From: Candidatus Kryptoniota bacterium
GTDB lineage: Bacteria; Bacteroidota; Ignavibacteria; Kryptoniales; JAKASW01
Length of the DNA: 62,237 nt
Direction: 5' to 3'
NCBI GenBank assembly: GCA_046706365.1
Contig: JBJKPN010000188.1
Span: forward strand, 1-62,237
Positions 50,351-60,273 of the stretch are shown here, in pieces; the first letter of the stretch is position 1, and each line of letters starts with the position of its first letter. The notes beneath the pieces were generated by a model, which had not been told where the DNA came from, searched no databases, and saw only the letters and a program-made list of their open reading frames with translations. The position numbers were made by a program, and so were the translations under genes.

Positions 50351-51288
50351 TGAAGACGGACCTCAGAATCCGAATTGGAAACCTGGAGCTCAAGAACCCG
50401 CTGATGACTGCTTCAGGCACATCGGGGTACGGCGACGAGCTGGGCGATTATTTCGATGTCTCCATGTTAGGAGCAATTGTTTCGAAATCGCTTACCCTTA
50501 AGCCGAAGATCGGGAACGAGCCACCGAGGGTCGCAGAAGTTTCATGCGGGATGCTGAATTCGATCGGCCTGGCGAATATCGGCATCGAGAAATTCATTTC
50601 AGAAAAACTCCCGAAGTTGAAGCAATCCGGCGCCACAATGGTGGCAAACATCGCTGCAAAGCGTGCCGAAGATTACGCCGCTCTAGCCGGGATGCTTGCT
50701 TCATTGGATGACATAAAAGGGTTGGAAGTGAACCTTTCCTGTCCGAACGTGAAAGAAGGGGGAATCGAATTCGGCAGCGATGCGAAGATGCTCGGAACGA
50801 TCACCAAACTCGTTAGAAATGCTTTTCCCAGGACCCTGCTTATCAAGCTGACCCCGAATGTTACTCGAATAAGCGAGCTGGCTACAGCAGCTGAAGCCGA
50901 AGGAGCAGATGGAGTGACCGTGGCCAATACTTATGTGGGGATGGCCGTCGATATTTACAAACGTACTCCCAAGATTCACACTATCACCGGCGGACTATCC
51001 GGGCCTGCCATTAAACCTCTTACAATGGCAAAGGTATTTCAGGTCAGAAAGGCCGTGAAGATACCCATCGTCGCCAGCGGCGGTGCCTTCACCTGGCAGG
51101 ATGTGGTCGAATATCTCATTGCCGGCGCCTCGGCCGTTGAATTGGGGACCGTGCTTTTCACTAAGCCCGATGTCCCGCAGGAAATTATCAGTGGAATTGA
51201 GACCTATCTCGGTGCGTCAGGCATGGGTTCCGTGGCAGAACTTGTAGGCACTCTCCGCGTGAATCCTGAAAAAACCCCGTCACGTTGA
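50350..51288 (+). CDS. pyrD: Dihydroorotate dehydrogenase family 1B
   Basis: NPLMTASGT, MLNSIGLAN, NLSCPNV, KLTPNV, GGLSGPAIKP. Confidence 0.95.
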   Translation: MKTDLRIRIGNLELKNPLMTASGTSGYGDELGDYFDVSMLGAIVSKSLTLKPKIGNEPPRVAEVSCGMLNSIGLANIGIEKFISEKLPKLKQSGATMVANIAAKRAEDYAALAGMLASLDDIKGLEVNLSCPNVKEGGIEFGSDAKMLGTITKLVRNAFPRTLLIKLTPNVTRISELATAAEAEGADGVTVANTYVGMAVDIYKRTPKIHTITGGLSGPAIKPLTMAKVFQVRKAVKIPIVASGGAFTWQDVVEYLIAGASAVELGTVLFTKPDVPQEIISGIETYLGASGMGSVAELVGTLRVNPEKTPSR

Positions 51289-51305
51289 CGTTTCGGACGA
51301 AGTTA

Positions 51306-51467
51306 AACTGAGTCCGTGAAACCATGGCCTACCCCACACTTTACATTCATGGATGTTTTATCGACTGAGGCAGTTCAAGAGCAGAATTTGACTCGAGAGA
51401 CCTGCGGCGATTTCGGCGTGCAGCCGTAACCACTGCCCGCGAACAGAACTTTCAGGCAGACTTAGTT
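51306..51467. ncRNA. Candidate structured intergenic RNA or element, family unknown
   Basis: Ends pair (AACTGAGTC/GACTTAGTT; TGAAA/TTTCA); internal CCATG/CATGG, GGCAGT/ACTGCC and CTGC/GCAG stems. Confidence 0.35.
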
Positions 51468-51488
51468 GTTCGAATTACAGGAAACAAT

Positions 51489-52793
51489 TTGAAGCAAGAA
51501 CAAGCCACCAGTTTTTTATACTCCCTTGAGCGATTCGGGATGAAAATGGACCTGGAGAATATCAGGGCGCTCATGGAGTATTCCGGCAACCCGCATGAAG
51601 GCTTGAGAATTATTCATGTCGCAGGTACGAACGGGAAAGGAAGCACCTGTGCCGCCATCGCCAGTGTCCTGACCGAAATGGGATACAAAACGGGACTCTA
51701 TACTTCGCCACACATTGTGCGTTTTACCGAACGAATCAAAATCGACGGCGGGGAAATTTCCGAGGGCGACCTTGCAGACCTGACCGAGTACTTCCACCCG
51801 CAAATCGTCGCCTTGAAAGCAACGTTCTTCGAAGCGACCACTGCAATAATGTTCAAGTACTTCGCAGACAACCATGTGGACTATGCTGTGGTGGAGACGG
51901 GGCTCGGCGGACGGTTGGATGCAACGAACATAGTGGATCCTCTGGTTTCCGTCATCACGAGTATCGGATTCGACCATATGGAGATTCTCGGAAGTACGCT
52001 CGAGAAGATAGCGTTCGAGAAGGCGGGCATAATTAAACGAAACCGTCCGGCAGTCGTCAATGTAAACGAGGAATCGGTGCGCAACGTATTCAGGCAGGCG
52101 GCCGAAGACCGGGCCGCACCACTTTACTTTGTCCCGGATGTGTGTCGCTGCGACTTGAGGAGGTCGGACCTTGAAAGCTGCGTATTTGACGCGCGAGTTT
52201 TCGATGTCGAATATCTCGACTTGAAGCTTGGATTCGGAGGATTTCACCAGGTCGAGAATGCGGCGACGGCACTCTCTGCTTTCCGTGTGCTAAGCGAATC
52301 CGGAACAAGAATCGAGAAAGAGGGAATTTACAGCGGATTTGATGAAATCAGGAAAAATACGAGGCTCCGGGGACGGCTTGAAATCATCTCACGGGAACCT
52401 CTAGTAGTGCTGGACGTCGGGCATAATCCGGAAGGGATTAAGGCAACCGTGGAAAGTCTGTCTCAATTGGATGGAAAGCGGGGAACGCTCCTCTTTGGCG
52501 CCATGAAGGATAAGGATGCCAAAACGATGCTCGGCACCTTGCGGGAAAGGTTTTCAGATATTATCTTGACCCAGCTTCAAGTAGGGCGATCCCTTGACGT
52601 TGCAGAGTTGAAGAAATTAGCCGATGATATTAAATTGAAGGCGCCGGTATTTGGCAATTCCACTGAAGCATTAAGAGTTGCACTGAACCAGACCAGCGGA
52701 GATAGTTTCCTTTTAATCGCGGGATCCCATTATTTGGCAGGCGAAACGTTGCCGGTAATGGAAAAGACCGTTTTTGACCTTGAGAGTCATTAA
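51489..52793 (+). CDS. folC: Folylpolyglutamate/dihydrofolate synthase
   Basis: HVAGTNGKGS, YTSPH, ETGLGGRLDATN, EKAGI, DVGHNP, GSHYL. Confidence 0.95.
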   Translation: MKQEQATSFLYSLERFGMKMDLENIRALMEYSGNPHEGLRIIHVAGTNGKGSTCAAIASVLTEMGYKTGLYTSPHIVRFTERIKIDGGEISEGDLADLTEYFHPQIVALKATFFEATTAIMFKYFADNHVDYAVVETGLGGRLDATNIVDPLVSVITSIGFDHMEILGSTLEKIAFEKAGIIKRNRPAVVNVNEESVRNVFRQAAEDRAAPLYFVPDVCRCDLRRSDLESCVFDARVFDVEYLDLKLGFGGFHQVENAATALSAFRVLSESGTRIEKEGIYSGFDEIRKNTRLRGRLEIISREPLVVLDVGHNPEGIKATVESLSQLDGKRGTLLFGAMKDKDAKTMLGTLRERFSDIILTQLQVGRSLDVAELKKLADDIKLKAPVFGNSTEALRVALNQTSGDSFLLIAGSHYLAGETLPVMEKTVFDLESH

Positions 52794-52968
52794 ATTATAT
52801 CAATTCCATTTTGGGAATTCCAATCCCCACGATCTTTCGGACCTGACCCGATGAAGGGTAAATAATAGATCGCAAGATAAGAATTTATCCCATGGTGCAT
52901 TTGCACCTCTATCAGGAAATCACACAACATTTCAAAAGTAATTCAAATTTCTTAGGAGGTAGTTTTCG

Positions 52969-54267
52969 ATGACTGTAGATCTTGCAGAGCTGCAGGGAAT
53001 GAAAGTGGCAGAATTGCATAAGTTGGCAAGAGAATTGGAGATTCCCGGCTATAGTGGGTTGAGAAAAGAGGAAGTAATCTTCAAAATCATGGAAAAGCAG
53101 AGCACGACTGTCAAGGAGGCTCCGCGGGCAGAAGCGCAGGTCCAACCGGAATCTCCCGGCATCTCGGTCAGCGCAGGTGTTCTGGACGTCCATGGCGACG
53201 GTTACGGATTCCTCCGCTCTCCAAAGTATAATTACCTGTCGTCGCCCGACGATATTTATGTTTCCCCATCGCAAATCAAAAAGTTCGGTTTAATGACCGG
53301 AGACACGGTGAGCGGCCAGATCAGGCCGCCGAAAGAGGGGGAAAAGTTCTTCGCACTGCTTCGGGTGGAGAGAGTGAACTTCAGGGATCCGGAGTTTACA
53401 CGGGAGAGGGTTATGTTCGACAACCTCACTCCTCTCTATCCCAACCAGAAGCTCCATCTCGAGACCGTGCCGGGTGAATATTCCATGAGGATCATAGACC
53501 TTCTCGCCCCCATTGGAATGGGGCAGCGCGGTATGATAGTTTCTCCTCCTAAGGCAGGAAAGACGATACTGCTGCAGAAGATCGCCAACAGCATCACTCG
53601 AAATCATCCCGATGTGCGACTCATAGTCCTCTTGATCGACGAACGACCGGAAGAGGTTACCGACATGGAGCGGTCCGTCAACGCTGAGGTCGTCAGCTCG
53701 ACATTCGACGAGGAGCCACAGCGGCATACCCAGGTAGCAGAGATGGTCCTCGAAAAGGCAAAACGGCTTGTCGAAGCAAAGAACGACGTCGTTATCCTGC
53801 TGGACAGCATCACCCGCCTGGCACGAGCATACAACGCCACTGTGCCGCACAGCGGTAAGATCCTCTCCGGCGGTATAGACTCCAATGCGCTCATCAAACC
53901 GAAGCGTTTCTTCGGCGCAGCCAGGAATATAGAGGAAGGCGGCAGCCTGACTATCATCGCTACGGCACTCATCGAAACCGGCAGCAGGATGGACGAAGTT
54001 ATTTTCGAAGAGTTCAAGGGAACAGGCAACATGGAAGTGGTGCTTACCCGCGAGCTGGCAGACAAGAGAATATTCCCTGCCATCGACGTCAACCGCAGCG
54101 GAACGAGGCACGAGGAACTGCTTCTCTCTCCGGATGAACTGAACAGGATTTGGGTATTACGAAAGATACTGAGTGATTATTCTCCAGTCGATGCGATGGA
54201 CTTTCTATTGGATAAGATGCGCGGTACCAAGAACAATAAGGAATTCCTCAAAGCAATGAACAGCTAA
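52969..54267 (+). CDS. rho: Transcription termination factor Rho
   Basis: [39 protein letters not shown]. Confidence 0.98.
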   Translation: MTVDLAELQGMKVAELHKLARELEIPGYSGLRKEEVIFKIMEKQSTTVKEAPRAEAQVQPESPGISVSAGVLDVHGDGYGFLRSPKYNYLSSPDDIYVSPSQIKKFGLMTGDTVSGQIRPPKEGEKFFALLRVERVNFRDPEFTRERVMFDNLTPLYPNQKLHLETVPGEYSMRIIDLLAPIGMGQRGMIVSPPKAGKTILLQKIANSITRNHPDVRLIVLLIDERPEEVTDMERSVNAEVVSSTFDEEPQRHTQVAEMVLEKAKRLVEAKNDVVILLDSITRLARAYNATVPHSGKILSGGIDSNALIKPKRFFGAARNIEEGGSLTIIATALIETGSRMDEVIFEEFKGTGNMEVVLTRELADKRIFPAIDVNRSGTRHEELLLSPDELNRIWVLRKILSDYSPVDAMDFLLDKMRGTKNNKEFLKAMNS

Positions 54268-54281
54268 GAAAGGAGGTCCAT

Positions 54282-55457
54282 ATGAGACAGGTGGTTATTG
54301 CGAGCGCCTGTCGCACTCCAATCGGCTCTTTCCAGGGGGCATTAAGCAGTCTTTCCGCGACAAAGCTGGGGGCGATAGTCATCCAGGAGGCTGTGAAACG
54401 CGCGGGACTTTCTCCCGGGCAAGTTGAAGAAGTATTCATGGGATGTGTCCTGACCGCGGGGGTCGGCCAGGCACCCGCAAGACAAGCGTCCATTTTCGCA
54501 GACCTCCCTAACAGCACTACGTGTACAACCATCAACAAAGTGTGCGGCTCGGGACTTAAATCCGTGATGCTCGCGGCACTTACCATCATGACCGGCGAGG
54601 CGGACATAGTCGTTGCCGGCGGAATGGAAAGCATGTCGAACGCGCCGTACCTCCTCGACAAGGCACGATCGGGATACAGGATGGGTGACGCGAAGGTTAT
54701 CGACTCGATGGTGAAGGACGGGCTGTGGGACGTCTACAACGATTATCACATGGGAAGTGCTGCCGAGCTTTGCTCCCGCGAATGTCACATACCGCGCGCG
54801 GCACAGGATGAATTCGCCGCACTCAGCTACAAACGTGCGCTGGAAGCAATCGAAAAAGGATTCTTCAAGGACGAGATCGTCCCGGTGCCGATCAGGTCGA
54901 AAGACGGTTCTACAACTTATGTTGCCGAGGATGAGGAACCGCAGAAGGTGAAATTCGACAAGATCCCGCAGCTTCGGCCCGCCTTCGAAAAAGACGGCAC
55001 GGTAACGGCAGCGAACGCGAGCAAGCTGAACGACGGCGCATCGGCCCTGGTCCTGATGTCGGAGGAAAAGGCCAAAGAACTCGGCGTGAAGCCCCTTGCA
55101 AGGATAACCGCGCAGGCTTCTGCAGCGCAGGCCCCGGAATGGTTCACAACCGCGCCGGCAACCGTAATAGAAAAGCTATTCAAGAAAACGGGTTTGACTA
55201 AAGAAGACATAGACCTCTTTGAAATCAACGAAGCCTTCTCGGTGGTTTCTTTGGCTGTAAATCAGCTGCTGAGTCTCGACCCTGAAAAAGTTGATGTCCA
55301 CGGCGGCGCGGTCGCACTCGGACATCCGATAGGCGCAAGCGGCGCCAGGATTCTAACGACGCTTATCTACGCGATGCAGCGTCGCAATGCTCATCGTGGA
55401 ATTGCGGCACTCTGCATCGGCGGAGGAGAAGCGACGGGAGTAATAATTGAAAGGTGA
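54282..55457 (+). CDS. Acetyl-CoA C-acetyltransferase (thiolase)
   Basis: NKVCGSG, GGMESMS, NEAF, GHPIGASG, CIGGG. Confidence 0.95.
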   Translation: MRQVVIASACRTPIGSFQGALSSLSATKLGAIVIQEAVKRAGLSPGQVEEVFMGCVLTAGVGQAPARQASIFADLPNSTTCTTINKVCGSGLKSVMLAALTIMTGEADIVVAGGMESMSNAPYLLDKARSGYRMGDAKVIDSMVKDGLWDVYNDYHMGSAAELCSRECHIPRAAQDEFAALSYKRALEAIEKGFFKDEIVPVPIRSKDGSTTYVAEDEEPQKVKFDKIPQLRPAFEKDGTVTAANASKLNDGASALVLMSEEKAKELGVKPLARITAQASAAQAPEWFTTAPATVIEKLFKKTGLTKEDIDLFEINEAFSVVSLAVNQLLSLDPEKVDVHGGAVALGHPIGASGARILTTLIYAMQRRNAHRGIAALCIGGGEATGVIIER

Positions 55458-55460
55458 ATA

Positions 55461-56327
55461 ATGGAAATTAATAGTGTAGCTGTCATAGGAGCGGGAACGA
55501 TGGGTAATGGCATCGCCCACGTCCTTGCCCTGGCCAAGTTCAACGTCTGCCTGATCGACGTCAGGCGTGACGCGGTCGAAAGGGGTATGGGATATGTCAG
55601 ACATAACATGGACCGCCAGGTAAACAAGGGAATCATTACAGAGGACCAGAAGAATGAAGCCTTGAACCGGATATCCCAATCCACATCGGTTGAAACAGGC
55701 GTTCGTGATGTTGAATTTGTCATTGAGGCGGCGACTGAGAATGTAAAGGTGAAGAAGGATCTCTTTCACACTTTGAGCGATATTTGCAAACCCGACGCAG
55801 TCCTGGCGAGCAACACTTCATCCATCTCAATTACGGACCTCGCCGCTGCCACATCCAAACCGGACAGAGTGATCGGGATGCATTTCTTCAACCCGGTGCC
55901 CGTGATGAAACTGATCGAAATAGTCCGCGGCCTCGCCACCTCAAACGACACCTACGAGATAGTGCGGAATCTTGCGTATAAGATCGACAAAGTCCCGGTA
56001 GAGGTACAGGATTATCCGGGCTTCGTGTCAAACCGGATCCTGATGCCCATGATAAATGAGGCAGTGTTCTGCGTCATGGAAAACGTAGCCTCGGCCGAGG
56101 CGGTCGATACCGTTATGAAGCTCGGAATGAATCATCCGATGGGCCCGCTCGCCCTGGCGGATTTGATCGGACTCGATGTCTGTCTCGACATAATGAACGT
56201 CCTGTTTCACGGAACTGGAGATCCCAAGTACAGACCGTGCCCACTTCTCAAAAAGATGGTGGCCGGCGGTTTCTTAGGAAGAAAATCCGGCAAGGGATTC
56301 TACTCCTACGAATCAAAAGCATCCTAG
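55461..56327 (+). CDS. hbd: 3-hydroxybutyryl-CoA dehydrogenase
   Basis: [25 protein letters not shown]. Confidence 0.9.
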   Translation: MEINSVAVIGAGTMGNGIAHVLALAKFNVCLIDVRRDAVERGMGYVRHNMDRQVNKGIITEDQKNEALNRISQSTSVETGVRDVEFVIEAATENVKVKKDLFHTLSDICKPDAVLASNTSSISITDLAAATSKPDRVIGMHFFNPVPVMKLIEIVRGLATSNDTYEIVRNLAYKIDKVPVEVQDYPGFVSNRILMPMINEAVFCVMENVASAEAVDTVMKLGMNHPMGPLALADLIGLDVCLDIMNVLFHGTGDPKYRPCPLLKKMVAGGFLGRKSGKGFYSYESKAS

Positions 56328-56368
56328 CAGCTTAAGCAACTTCACATACTCAAAACAGGAGCAGTGAG

Positions 56369-57517
56369 ATGGTCGATTTCGATCTAACCGAAGAACAATC
56401 GATGATTAAACAAGCCGCGCACGACTTCGCTGAGAAGGAACTGGTTGCCGGTGCGGCGGAGCGTGACGAGAAAGAACAATTTCCCCGGGAACAGATCAAA
56501 CAGATGGCCGAACTGGGCTTCATGGGGATGATGGTCCCGCCCGAACATGGAGGGGCCGGTCTGGACACGGTGAGCTATGTCCTAGCGCTCGAAGAGATAA
56601 GCAGGGCAGACGCCTCTGCGGGCGTAATAATGAGCGTCAACAATTCTCTGGTTTGCTGGGGACTTGAGAAATTCGGTACTTCCGCCCAGAAAGAAAAATA
56701 TTTGAAACCGCTTGCGTCCGGAAAGTTGCTCGGAGCGTTTTGCCTGTCCGAACCCGAAGCGGGAAGCGATGCGGTCAATCAAAGGACCACCGCGACCCGT
56801 GACGGAAAATTCTATGTAATTAACGGCACGAAGAATTTTATAACAAATGGCGCAAGCGCCGACGTGCTCCTGGTGATGGCCACGACTGATAAGTCGAAGG
56901 GTGCACGCGGTGTGAGTGCGTTCATAGTGGAAAAGTCGTTTCCCGGCGTGTCCGTATCGAAGAAGGAGCACAAACTGGGAATCAGGAGCTCCGACACCGC
57001 CCAGATTACATTCGATGGTTGCAGGGTACCCGAGGATAACAGGATCGGTGAAGAAGGTTTCGGATTCAAGTTCGCGATGATGACGCTGGACGGCGGCAGA
57101 ATCGGCATTGCATCCCAGGCTATCGGTATCGCGCGCGCCGCGCTCGATGCATCGCTCAAATATGTCAAGGAAAGAAAAGCGTTCGACAAGCTTCTCCTGG
57201 AGTTTCAGGCTATCCAGTTCAAGCTCGCCGAAATGCACACGAATATCGAAGCGGCACACCTGCTCACTCTTTATGCCGCATTGAAAAAGGACAACGGCGA
57301 GAGATTCACAAAAGAAGCGGCCATGGCAAAGCTTTTCGCATCGAAGGTAGCGGTGGACGCGGCTTTGGAAGCCATACAGATACACGGAGGCTACGGCTAT
57401 CTGAAAGATTTCCCCGTTGAGCGATATTTGAGAGATGCGAAAATCACGGAAATATATGAGGGAACTTCAGAAATACAGCGTATCGTGATCGCCAGGGAAG
57501 TGCTTGACGTGAAGTAG
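56369..57517 (+). CDS. Acyl-CoA dehydrogenase (short-chain/butyryl-CoA type)
   Basis: LSEPEAGSD, NGTKNFITN, LDGGRIGIA, GGYGY, IYEGTSEIQ. Confidence 0.93.
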   Translation: MVDFDLTEEQSMIKQAAHDFAEKELVAGAAERDEKEQFPREQIKQMAELGFMGMMVPPEHGGAGLDTVSYVLALEEISRADASAGVIMSVNNSLVCWGLEKFGTSAQKEKYLKPLASGKLLGAFCLSEPEAGSDAVNQRTTATRDGKFYVINGTKNFITNGASADVLLVMATTDKSKGARGVSAFIVEKSFPGVSVSKKEHKLGIRSSDTAQITFDGCRVPEDNRIGEEGFGFKFAMMTLDGGRIGIASQAIGIARAALDASLKYVKERKAFDKLLLEFQAIQFKLAEMHTNIEAAHLLTLYAALKKDNGERFTKEAAMAKLFASKVAVDAALEAIQIHGGYGYLKDFPVERYLRDAKITEIYEGTSEIQRIVIAREVLDVK

Positions 57518-57625
57518 CCGCACACTCTCCGTGCGGTTCACGACTCTCTTTCCAGCCGGTTGATTTCTGCGGTCCCGTTCATTCGAGGTTCTGAAAAACT
57601 GAAAACAGCAAATTAAGGATGAAAA

Positions 57626-60088
57626 ATGAAGAAGTCGTTACTTGTCGTATTATCTCTATTGTTAACGATTCCGGGATCGACGCTAATGGCTGAACTACGG
57701 GTTCTACCGACTCCGAAGTATGCCAGTGAAGAAAGAGGAAGCATAAGGTTCGGCAGGCTGGAAGCGGCCTTCTCGGAAGCGGCCGAAGATCCGGCTTCGA
57801 TCATCGAACTGGAACACTATTTCGGAAAGAATTTCACCCAGAAGAAAACGCGGTCAAGGGATGTAGTCCTCCTCGAGACCCGTCTATTAGGGAACACCCC
57901 CCCTGAAAACATGCCTGCAATCCCCCCGGCGATTCGGGACAGCGTTTTGTCTTCGCCCGACGGCTACTTCCTGTTCTGCCGAAACCGGCGCATCGAGATA
58001 TTGGCAAATACCAGAACGGGAATTTTCTATGGAGTAGCGACTCTGCTGCAGCTGGTGCAGAAAGACAAGAGAGGATACATGGTGCCCGTAGTCACGGTTG
58101 CCGACTACCCATCGTTGAGAATGAGAGGCATCAGCGACGATATAAGCCGGGGACAGATTTCGAAGCTCGACAACTTCAAGAAGATCATTCGCTTCATTGC
58201 CATGTACAAGATGAACGTCTATATGCCTTATATAGAAAACGAGTTCGACTTCAAGATGTATCCGGATTTCAGCGAGGGACGAGCGCCGCTCACCGTGAAG
58301 GAAGTTGCGGAGCTGGATAAGTACGGCAAGCTTTACCATGTCGATATAATTCCCGCCTTTGAAACGCTCGGACATATGGAAGATGTTCTGTACAAGAAGG
58401 AGTTCGAGAAGTACGCCGAGTTCCCCGGCGCCACGTGTATCGATATTTCTAGCGATTCGGCCTTCGGCTTCATGAAGAACCTGTTGTCGGAAATAGCCCC
58501 GGCCTTCTCGAGCAAGTATTTCAATATGTCTGCGGATGAAAGCTTCGACGTCGGACTCGGTGCGAGCAAGCATCTGGTGGATTCTCTAGGCATCGACGAA
58601 GCGCATGCGGAATATTACAAGAAAGTGTATAACGTGCTTAAGTCGCTCGGAAAGCAAGTGATGATGTACGGAGATATCATACTAAAGAATCCGAACATCC
58701 TTTCGGAAATTCCCAAAGACATCACCATTGTCGACTGGCATTACGGCGCGTCGTTCGATTATCCGAGCGTCCAGGTCTTCAAACAGGCCGGTTTTCCGTT
58801 CCTGTCTTCTCCCGCAGTTTGGAATTTCATCGGACCCTTCCCGAATTTCTACAACAGCTATGCAAACATTCAATACTTTGCACGGGAAGGCTACGAGGGC
58901 GGAGCAGAAGGACTGCTCGTTTCCACATGGAATGACAACGGGGGCGCCGATCTGCGTGAACTGAATTACCCGGGATACGCGTGGGGCGCGGAATGCGCCT
59001 GGAATCCGGCGACTTCGTCCGCGGCACATTTCGAGAACGTGTTCTTCCCGCAATATTTTCAGACGAAATCGCAGCTGCCTCGTATCGTCTATGAACTCCT
59101 AAGCTCGCCCGGCAACCAGATCAGCTGGTATGAATTCTGGCGCGCCCCATTCGTCAGCATGCGCGATTATAATGTGCCCTCGCGAACCGAGAGCATCGAA
59201 TCTTCCATTCCTGAAGTGCTGACGCTCATCAAGGAGGCTCGCAAAGTCGTGGGAGCCAACGAAGACATACTCGACCTCTATGAACTCGCTGCAAAGATGG
59301 ACAAGTATTGGGCGGACAAAGTCACGGACGTGATTAAAATGAGATACATATCGGCCGACAGCATGTTGTCGCCACCTGAAAAAGAAGAGCAGATTAAGCC
59401 GATAGAAGATCACCTTCTAAGTACCGTTGCATATTTGAAAGCTGAATACACTAGACTCTACCTGCGCACCAACCGCTACCCGATGCTGCAGCTCCTGGAA
59501 GGCAGATTCGAAGATCAGGAGAAGGACCTGAAGCAGGGGACGGCACAGATGCTGGCAGGCAATTCCGATTACAATCAGCTCATAGAATCGCAGTTCATTT
59601 ATTATCCGGACAGCCGGCCTTATTCCCGAGAAGGGAGCAAAGTCGACTCCGCCACTTTCCAGAAGAGTTTCAATCTGGCTGAGCTTCCAAAGCAAGCAGA
59701 GCTCCAGCTGATAGGCGATACCTATTGCAAGCTCTACGTCAACGGGACATATCTCGGCGATGTTAAAGCACGACGGACTCTGACGCTGAATGTCGAGCGC
59801 AAGCGGGTGCAGGTGTTCGATATCGGCAGTTTTCTCCAGAAAGGGAATAATACGATTACCGTTCAGGCGGTCAACTTCAACAAGCTCGGATCGGCAGGAT
59901 GCAATGTTACCGCCCTGCTTGGAAATGACACGTTGAGAACGGACAACACCTGGAAGGTTGCAGAAGGCATCGTAGCCCCTGACACTACCGCCAACGTGAG
60001 CTTTGTAGGCGCCATGGGCTATGATAACGGCTGGACTGTTACGGCTCCGGATTTCTCTTTGAAATTGAGGTCTTGGATCGAAAGATAG
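57626..60088 (+). CDS. Secreted GH20-family beta-N-acetylhexosaminidase-like hydrolase
   Basis: Signal peptide, DYP..RG..DISRG, ETLGH, ADE catalytic pair, DWHY, TW. Confidence 0.82.
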   Translation: MKKSLLVVLSLLLTIPGSTLMAELRVLPTPKYASEERGSIRFGRLEAAFSEAAEDPASIIELEHYFGKNFTQKKTRSRDVVLLETRLLGNTPPENMPAIPPAIRDSVLSSPDGYFLFCRNRRIEILANTRTGIFYGVATLLQLVQKDKRGYMVPVVTVADYPSLRMRGISDDISRGQISKLDNFKKIIRFIAMYKMNVYMPYIENEFDFKMYPDFSEGRAPLTVKEVAELDKYGKLYHVDIIPAFETLGHMEDVLYKKEFEKYAEFPGATCIDISSDSAFGFMKNLLSEIAPAFSSKYFNMSADESFDVGLGASKHLVDSLGIDEAHAEYYKKVYNVLKSLGKQVMMYGDIILKNPNILSEIPKDITIVDWHYGASFDYPSVQVFKQAGFPFLSSPAVWNFIGPFPNFYNSYANIQYFAREGYEGGAEGLLVSTWNDNGGADLRELNYPGYAWGAECAWNPATSSAAHFENVFFPQYFQTKSQLPRIVYELLSSPGNQISWYEFWRAPFVSMRDYNVPSRTESIESSIPEVLTLIKEARKVVGANEDILDLYELAAKMDKYWADKVTDVIKMRYISADSMLSPPEKEEQIKPIEDHLLSTVAYLKAEYTRLYLRTNRYPMLQLLEGRFEDQEKDLKQGTAQMLAGNSDYNQLIESQFIYYPDSRPYSREGSKVDSATFQKSFNLAELPKQAELQLIGDTYCKLYVNGTYLGDVKARRTLTLNVERKRVQVFDIGSFLQKGNNTITVQAVNFNKLGSAGCNVTALLGNDTLRTDNTWKVAEGIVAPDTTANVSFVGAMGYDNGWTVTAPDFSLKLRSWIER

Positions 60089-60273
60089 AACTCACCGACA
60101 ATTGAGTCCCACTTGAAGTTCTGACGGTCACCGATCCATCCAGGCAAGACTCGACTGAGGTGAGGTGACCGTTTTAATATCAGGTAGACGAATCGACGCC
60201 GGCATTTTCGGCGCGCAGGAATACTGTCTTGGACTAGTATGCATGTGTTCGCAAAACAAAAGGAGGACAAGCG

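Noticed and set aside
51306-51467. Assignment as a THF or ZTP riboswitch or 6S RNA
   Set aside because: Consensus motifs not recognised and the central region is too asymmetric for a canonical 6S; left unassigned
53290-54111. Long antisense ORFs opposite rho, leuS, folC and the acyl-CoA dehydrogenase
   Set aside because: Expected shadow frames from codon bias; no protein-family features
57516-57538. Hairpin AGCCGCAC/GTGCGGTT after the acyl-CoA dehydrogenase (and GCGGCGG/CCGCCGC at 44165-44190)
   Set aside because: No U-tract long enough to call an intrinsic terminator
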